Position numbers and translations under genes: made by a program. The notes beneath the pieces are model-generated. The model was not told where the DNA came from, did not search any database, and worked only from the letters and a program-made list of their open reading frames with translations. A DNA stretch of 30,321 nucleotides from a virus (Duplodnaviria; Caudoviricetes): the IMG/VR virus record IMGVR_UViG_3300020045_005768, positions 1 through 30,321 of that record; one strand, written 5' to 3'. Shown here in pieces: positions 27,128 to 30,321 of this stretch. How positions within the stretch are numbered: the stretch's first letter is position 1; each line of letters begins with the position of its first letter.

Positions 27128-27203
27128 GGTGCCAAAGTGTTTATGGATGCATGCGACACTGTCAATGTCGAGGGGTCGGGATCGTTACCCGCTGGCACCG
27201 CCA
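27128..27203 (+). tRNA. tRNA-Asp(GTC)
   Basis: Loop CTGTCAA, G73, CCA. Confidence 0.88.
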
Positions 27204-27278
27204 AAATAGATATCACGGTCTTCCAACCCGCGAGGTTGGTGATACTCAAGAGTATCGTAAAACACGTGTACAGACAAT

Positions 27279-27352
27279 GATCAGCTCGTCTAGTGGTAAG
27301 ACGGAAGCCTCCAAAACTTCCTACGAGGGTTCGATTCCTTCGCTGATCGCCA
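27279..27352 (+). tRNA. tRNA-Trp(CCA)
   Basis: Loop CTCCAAA, CCA end. Confidence 0.9.
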
Positions 27353-27362
27353 GTATTAAAAT

Positions 27363-27429
27363 AGAATAGTTACAGCAAACAATAAAGACTACCAATCTTG
27401 TTAATTGTCTTAGTCGACAAAGCTATTCT
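27363..27429 (+). ncRNA. CAGCAA-stem RNA, copy 1
   Basis: AGAATAGT/GCTATTCT stem, TACAGCAA after 5' arm. Confidence 0.55.
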
Positions 27430-27438
27430 GATAATTTT

Positions 27439-27486
27439 AGGATCAGTTCAGCAACCAACATCCTTTTATGGAAAAAAGTTGATCCT
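27439..27486 (+). ncRNA. CAGCAA-stem RNA, copy 2
   Basis: AGGATCAG/TTGATCCT stem, TTCAGCAA, A-run before 3' arm. Confidence 0.55.
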
Positions 27487-27501
27487 GTTAACAAAGAATT
27501 T

Positions 27502-27576
27502 GGGTCATAAACTTAGGTGATGAAGCACTCGGCTCTTAACCGATAGAAGAAGGTTTGATTCCTTCATGACCCACCA
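27502..27576 (+). tRNA. tRNA-Lys(CTT)
   Basis: Loop CTCTTAA, CCA. Confidence 0.88.
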
Positions 27577-27583
27577 GATTTAT

Positions 27584-27652
27584 TCTCGCCGACCAGCGTC
27601 TCGGACGTGTTGCAACACGTTTGATGGGGACCAACACCTCGGGTGGGAGCCA
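27584..27652 (+). ncRNA. tRNA-like RNA with reduced D-arm and 6-nt (or smaller) anticodon loop
   Basis: TCTCGCC/GGTGGGA-G-CCA acceptor; ACGTG-TTGCAA-CACGT; T-arm TGGGG-ACCAACA-CCTCG. Confidence 0.55.
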
Positions 27653-27796
27653 TTTTAGAGCTAGACGGTTTGATCGAGTATGAGTGACGTGTCCGTTACA
27701 TCGTATTAGGGATTGCACGTTTATGGAACTCTCGAATTCGAGACAATCTCATGAGTCCACAGATAGGATAGTGAGGCGCTCTTGTTTTATAACAAC

Positions 27797-27872
27797 ACAC
27801 GGTAATGCAAAGTGTCGAGCAACAGGACCTTCAACCCTGTCCTAACGGGAGCGTGCCCCGTATCGTGTACCA
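27797..27872 (+). tRNA. Atypical tRNA (anticodon TTC with C33, or TCA in shifted register)
   Basis: ACACGGT/ATCGTGT-A-CCA; ACAGG-ACCTTCAAC-CCTGT; non-canonical T-loop AGCGTGC. Confidence 0.55.
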
Positions 27873-27877
27873 AATAT

Positions 27878-27953
27878 GTTTCCGTCGTCTAACGGCTTAG
27901 GACATCACACTTTCACTGTGAGTATGGGAGTTCGATTCTCCTCGGGAACGCCA
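27878..27953 (+). tRNA. tRNA-Glu(TTC)
   Basis: Loop CTTTCAC, CCA. Confidence 0.9.
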
Positions 27954-27958
27954 AATAT

Positions 27959-28023
27959 GGACTAGAATCCGGTGTGGGCTTAACCTGCATGCGGGGATAA
28001 GAAGGGTCAAGCCTTCATGGTCC
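27959..28023 (+). ncRNA. Degenerate tRNA-like element
   Basis: GGACTA/TGGTCC outer stem, GAAGG-GTCAAG-CCTTC T-like arm, no D-arm or proper CCA. Confidence 0.35.
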
Positions 28024-28184
28024 TACCCAGATTCGCAAGCACAAATATGCGATGAGCCGCTCAAAGACTTTGCAAGGTCGATGAAGTGTATAATGGTAGC
28101 CCTCTTAAGGCCCGAGCTTATCCCGAGTAGTGGTGAGTAGCTCTCATTTAGAGCAATCTAACGAGTGAACAATAGGAGATGAAG

Positions 28185-28301
28185 ATGAGAAATTATTTCA
28201 AAAAGCTTGGTCGCCGTAAAGCAGGTTCATGGGGTCGCCCTCATGGCTGGTATGGAAAAAGAATTGCGAGTAAAGCAACTCGTAAGTGTCAAGTAGTTTA
28301 A
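28185..28301 (+). CDS. 38-aa highly basic peptide inside tRNA array
   Basis: SD AGGAG; MRNYFKKLGRRKAGSWGRPHGWYGKRIASKATRKCQVV*. Confidence 0.55.
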   Translation: MRNYFKKLGRRKAGSWGRPHGWYGKRIASKATRKCQVV

Positions 28302-28323
28302 CAAGAGCGAAAGGAGTTCGATT

Positions 28324-28377
28324 ATGAAGCGAAAATCGAAAGATGGTAAACGAAGATTCAGAGGGAGTGTAGTGTAA
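28324..28377 (+). CDS. 17-aa Lys/Arg-rich mini-ORF overlapping tRNA-Lys 5' end
   Basis: SD AAGGAG; MKRKSKDGKRRFRGSVV*. Confidence 0.4.
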   Translation: MKRKSKDGKRRFRGSVV

Positions 28378-28438
28378 AGACCGCACACCGGACTTTTAAT
28401 CCGGACAGAGTTGGGTTTGATTCCCACCGCTCCTACCA
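28363..28438 (+). tRNA. tRNA-Lys(TTT)
   Basis: CCGGA-CTTTTAA-TCCGG, CCA. Confidence 0.88.
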
Positions 28439-28479
28439 TCGTAATAATTGATGCATTTCTAACGAGATGTATGAATTAT

Positions 28480-28573
28480 TCCGCGGTACTCTAACTGGTA
28501 AGAGACCTCACTGTTAATGAGACGTATTCCGCCTTCGAGCGGTATGGGGGTTCGAAGCCCTCCTGTGGAGCCA
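28480..28573 (+). tRNA. tRNA-Asn(GTT) with long variable arm
   Basis: Loop CTGTTAA, G73-CCA; extra hairpin CCGC-CTTCGA-GCGG. Confidence 0.8.
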
Positions 28574-28580
28574 TTACAAT

Positions 28581-28656
28581 TCCAAAGTAGCACAGCGGTA
28601 GTTGCGCCTGACTGTTAATCAGGATGTCGTAGGTTCGATCCCTACCTTTGGAGCCA
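28581..28656 (+). tRNA. tRNA-Asn(GTT)
   Basis: Canonical cloverleaf. Confidence 0.92.
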
Positions 28657-28663
28657 GATTTAT

Positions 28664-28739
28664 CTCTCATTCGGTTAGCGGCTATACCACTCCGTTTGGG
28701 GCGGAGATTTCGAAAGTTCGAGTCTTTCATGAGAGACCA
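28664..28739 (+). tRNA. tRNA-Pro(TGG)
   Basis: CTCCG-TTTGGGG-CGGAG, C1-G72, A73. Confidence 0.9.
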
Positions 28740-28745
28740 TACAAT

Positions 28746-28836
28746 GGAGAGTTAACTGCACAGGGTGCAGCGCTGTTTGCTAAACAGTTGGTACGGTGAA
28801 GAGCCGTATGGGGATCGTTACCTCAATTCTCCGCCA
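28746..28836 (+). tRNA. tRNA-Ser(GCT)
   Basis: Loop TTGCTAA, long variable arm, G73. Confidence 0.9.
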
Positions 28837-28842
28837 AGTAAT

Positions 28843-28917
28843 GCTTAGGTCGTCTAATTTACTAAGGCGCTCACATTCCAGTGGGATATGTTGGAGAATA
28901 ACCAACCCTTCGCTCCA
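28843..28917 (+). ncRNA. Gly-like tRNA body with 6-nt anticodon loop
   Basis: GC..AGG/CCT..GC-T-CCA with two mismatches; CTCAC-ATTCCA-GTGGG. Confidence 0.55.
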
Positions 28918-28921
28918 GTAT

Positions 28922-28995
28922 GCGAGTGTAGCTTAGTGCTCAAAGCGGTGCCCTACGGGGCACAATCGGTGGTTTAAATCCATCCACTCGCTCCA
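28922..28995 (+). ncRNA. Gly-like tRNA body with anticodon loop replaced by cUACGg tetraloop
   Basis: Perfect GCGAGTG/CACTCGC-T-CCA; GTGCCC-TACG-GGGCAC. Confidence 0.75.
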
Positions 28996-29000
28996 GTTTT

Positions 29001-29115
29001 GGATCATTTCAGCAATCAACTTATTCCTCTGTAAAAGGACTAGAGCGGTTCAACTCCGCATCGAGGGCTTCAATCCTCGTTTAGTGTAACGGTAGCACAG
29101 TAAAAAAGGTGATCC
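29001..29115 (+). ncRNA. CAGCAA-stem RNA, copy 3, enclosing a circularly permuted tRNA (YrlA/Y-RNA-like)
   Basis: GGATCATT/GGTGATCC stem; inside, in order: anticodon arm (GTA), T-arm, looped acceptor stem, D-arm. Confidence 0.7.
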
Positions 29116-29125
29116 AGTTAAATAT

Positions 29126-29200
29126 GGGGGCAGTAGCGGGCTACGGAGAATACTTGCAATATTCTTGTCTAGAAGGGTTCAACTCCCTCGGTCTCCACCA
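29126..29200 (+). tRNA. tRNA-Ala(TGC) with short D-arm
   Basis: Loop CTTGCAA, G3:U70, A73-CCA. Confidence 0.82.
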
Positions 29201-29206
29201 AACAAT

Positions 29207-29281
29207 GGTCCTGTAATTCAGTGGTAGAATGTTCGCCCGATTAGCGAAACGTCGAGGGTTCGAATCCTTCCAGGACTACCA
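29207..29281 (+). tRNA. tRNA-Ile(GAT) with non-canonical loop (C33, U37)
   Basis: TTCGC-CCGATTA-GCGAA; otherwise canonical. Confidence 0.75.
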
Positions 29282-29289
29282 AGAACAAT

Positions 29290-29362
29290 CGCTCCGAGGC
29301 TCGATAGCTGCGAGTGGCTTTGAACCACTTCGAAGAAGGTTTGACTCCTTCCGGGGCTGCCA
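29290..29362 (+). tRNA. tRNA-Gln(TTG)
   Basis: AGTGG-CTTTGAA-CCACT, G73-CCA. Confidence 0.85.
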
Positions 29363-29367
29363 AATTT

Positions 29368-29470
29368 AGAGTAGATACAGCAACACAAACTTCCTCTCCA
29401 AAGATGTACCAAGGGCCGTCAGTGGTGACATTCCAATGGGTTCGACTCCCAGGCTTAGGAAACCTACTCT
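29368..29470 (+). ncRNA. CAGCAA-stem RNA, copy 4, containing a T-arm
   Basis: AGAGTAG/CTACTCT stem, ATACAGCAA, TGGG-TTCGACT-CCCA. Confidence 0.6.
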
Positions 29471-29480
29471 GCCATACAAT

Positions 29481-29553
29481 TGCCCCGAGGCTCGATAGCT
29501 ACGCTTGGCTCTGAACCAAGTCGGAGATAGTTTGACTCTATCCGGGGTTGCCA
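29481..29553 (+). tRNA. tRNA-Gln(CTG)
   Basis: CTTGG-CTCTGAA-CCAAG; paralog of 29290. Confidence 0.85.
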
Positions 29554-29594
29554 GCTTCAGAGATGTGCGTCTTACGTAAACGCACGATATTTGA

Positions 29595-29680
29595 CACCAT
29601 GATCCGAATGGAAAGGGACCACGCTTCGAACGTGGCGCTGCTTCGTGCAGTTGGGGGTTCGAGTCCTCTCATGGTGACCA
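29595..29680 (+). tRNA. tRNA-Arg(TCG) with long variable arm
   Basis: CCACG-CTTCGAA-CGTGG; extra arm CTGC-TTCGT-GCAG; CACCATG/CATGGTG-A-CCA. Confidence 0.8.
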
Positions 29681-29688
29681 TATAAATA
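29681..29688 (+). promoter_or_regulatory. T4-type late promoter inside tRNA array
   Basis: Exact TATAAATA upstream of tRNA-Leu and ORF 29807. Confidence 0.6.
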
Positions 29689-29704
29689 GTAGTTTAAGAA
29701 CAAA

Positions 29705-29789
29705 GCATCTGTGGTGGAATTGGTATACACGCTATCTTGAGGGGGTAGTGCCTCACAGCTTGAGAGTTCGAGTCTCTCCAGATGCACCA
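29705..29789 (+). tRNA. tRNA-Leu(GAG)
   Basis: Loop TTGAGGG, long variable arm, A73. Confidence 0.92.
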
Positions 29790-29806
29790 AAATAGAAGGA
29801 TCTACG

Positions 29807-30025
29807 ATGAGCGAAGATCGCCTTTATGGATTATTGATTACAGGTGGATTTGCTATTATCGGGTGGTTTATATCAAGAATATTTGCCGAGATTGAAAGAA
29901 GCCGCACAAATGAGAGAAAACTCTTTGAACTTATCAACGCGGCTGAAAAAGAGCAGCTGAAACAGCATATTGAAATTCTCGAAGATCAGCGTGATCAAGC
30001 GAGAAAATCAAAGAACAATGTATGA
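29807..30025 (+). CDS. Small single-TM, coiled-coil protein
   Basis: SD AAGGA; N-terminal hydrophobic helix then charged heptads. Confidence 0.65.
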   Translation: MSEDRLYGLLITGGFAIIGWFISRIFAEIERSRTNERKLFELINAAEKEQLKQHIEILEDQRDQARKSKNNV

Positions 30026-30095
30026 GTGGACTGAAAGGTTAGGCAATCGCCTGCAAAGCGAAATCATGAGAGTTCGAATCTCTCCTCATACTCCA
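30020..30095 (+). tRNA. tRNA-Cys(GCA)
   Basis: Loop CTGCAAA, U73-CCA; overlaps stop codon of upstream ORF. Confidence 0.9.
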
Positions 30096-30098
30096 ATA

Positions 30099-30166
30099 GG
30101 TGGTGTTAGTTTACTGGATAAAACAGCCCCATAACAGGGGAGGAAGAAGGTTCGATTCCTTCACAC
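30099..30166 (+). pseudogene. 3'-truncated tRNA-like element with 6-nt anticodon loop
   Basis: D-arm and GAAGG-TTCGATT-CCTTC intact; CCCC-ATAACA-GGGG; acceptor 3' strand breaks after ACAC. Confidence 0.55.
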
Positions 30167-30243
30167 TTTCGAGTCAGCTCCACGGGTTCGTTGGCGCGAA
30201 TCTATAGACTGGCGTTTCTGATCCTATCCTACAAGATATTGTA

Positions 30244-30321
30244 GAGGATTGAAGCCCTCGATGCGGAGTTGAACCGCTCTAGTCCTTTTACAGAGGAATA
30301 AGTTGATTGCTGAAATGATCC
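30244..30321 (-). repeat. 78-bp exact inverted copy of 29001..29078 at window end
   Basis: Direct reverse-complement comparison. Confidence 0.9.

Noticed and set aside
27214-27268. Hammerhead ribozyme
   Set aside because: No CUGANGA or GAAA core
27439-27486. PreQ1-I riboswitch (AGGAT/ATCCT stem, A-rich tail, TCAGC/GTTGA pairing), tempting given the que genes
   Set aside because: Not upstream of a coding gene; the outer-stem fold shared with three other CAGCAA elements explains it better
29126-29200. tmRNA 5' end (GGGGGC, G3:U70)
   Set aside because: Closes as a 75-nt cloverleaf with a TGC anticodon, so tRNA-Ala
26999-29790. ORF-track ORFs overlapping tRNAs (e.g. 26999, 27058, 28491, 28602, 29314, 29572)
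   Set aside because: Shadow frames of tRNA genes with no SD or protein-like composition
26794-30100. Theta/HDV-like or twister ribozymes behind tRNAs
   Set aside because: No nested double pseudoknot or twister core recognised by eye; tRNAs encode CCA and have short AU spacers
1-30321. Alternative genetic code or stop-codon recoding
   Set aside because: Core genes are full-length in code 11, and TAA, TGA and TAG all occur as apparent stops
1-30321. CRISPR array, intron, intein or homing endonuclease
   Set aside because: No regularly spaced repeats; core genes have normal length with no such motifs

Overview
A 30.3-kb segment of a large T4-like myovirus genome, with a gene order typical of aquatic 'far-T4' phages. 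1-3850: three higher-GC beta-helix/LamG-like proteins; the two with intact N-termini carry signal peptides, and the first and third share a C-terminal YLPxRLSWxDLW tail. 3873-6904: head module (gp21 protease, gp22 scaffold, gp23 capsid). An antisense block of small early genes with duplicated promoter cassettes follows. 8870-15558: gp3, uvsY, uvsW, gp55 sigma, gp47, gp46 and peptide deformylase. 15607-21542: a guanine-metabolism/7-deazaguanine cluster (queE, purine PRTase, folE, MazG-like, guaC, ligase, queD). Small accessory genes come next, including putative internal head proteins. 26277-30166: an array of about 20 tRNAs interspersed with tRNA-like and other structured RNAs. The most striking feature is an apparent ribosome-dependent attenuator in front of the tRNA array. 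Its 42-aa leader peptide uses all 20 amino acids (26 different codons) in its first 31 codons and is coupled to mutually exclusive antiterminator/terminator hairpins. I infer it is a general sensor of host tRNA depletion. The array also holds anticodon-less tRNA bodies and four 'CAGCAA' stem RNAs, one enclosing a circularly permuted tRNA (YrlA/Y-RNA-like). All calls are by eye, without database searches or folding software.
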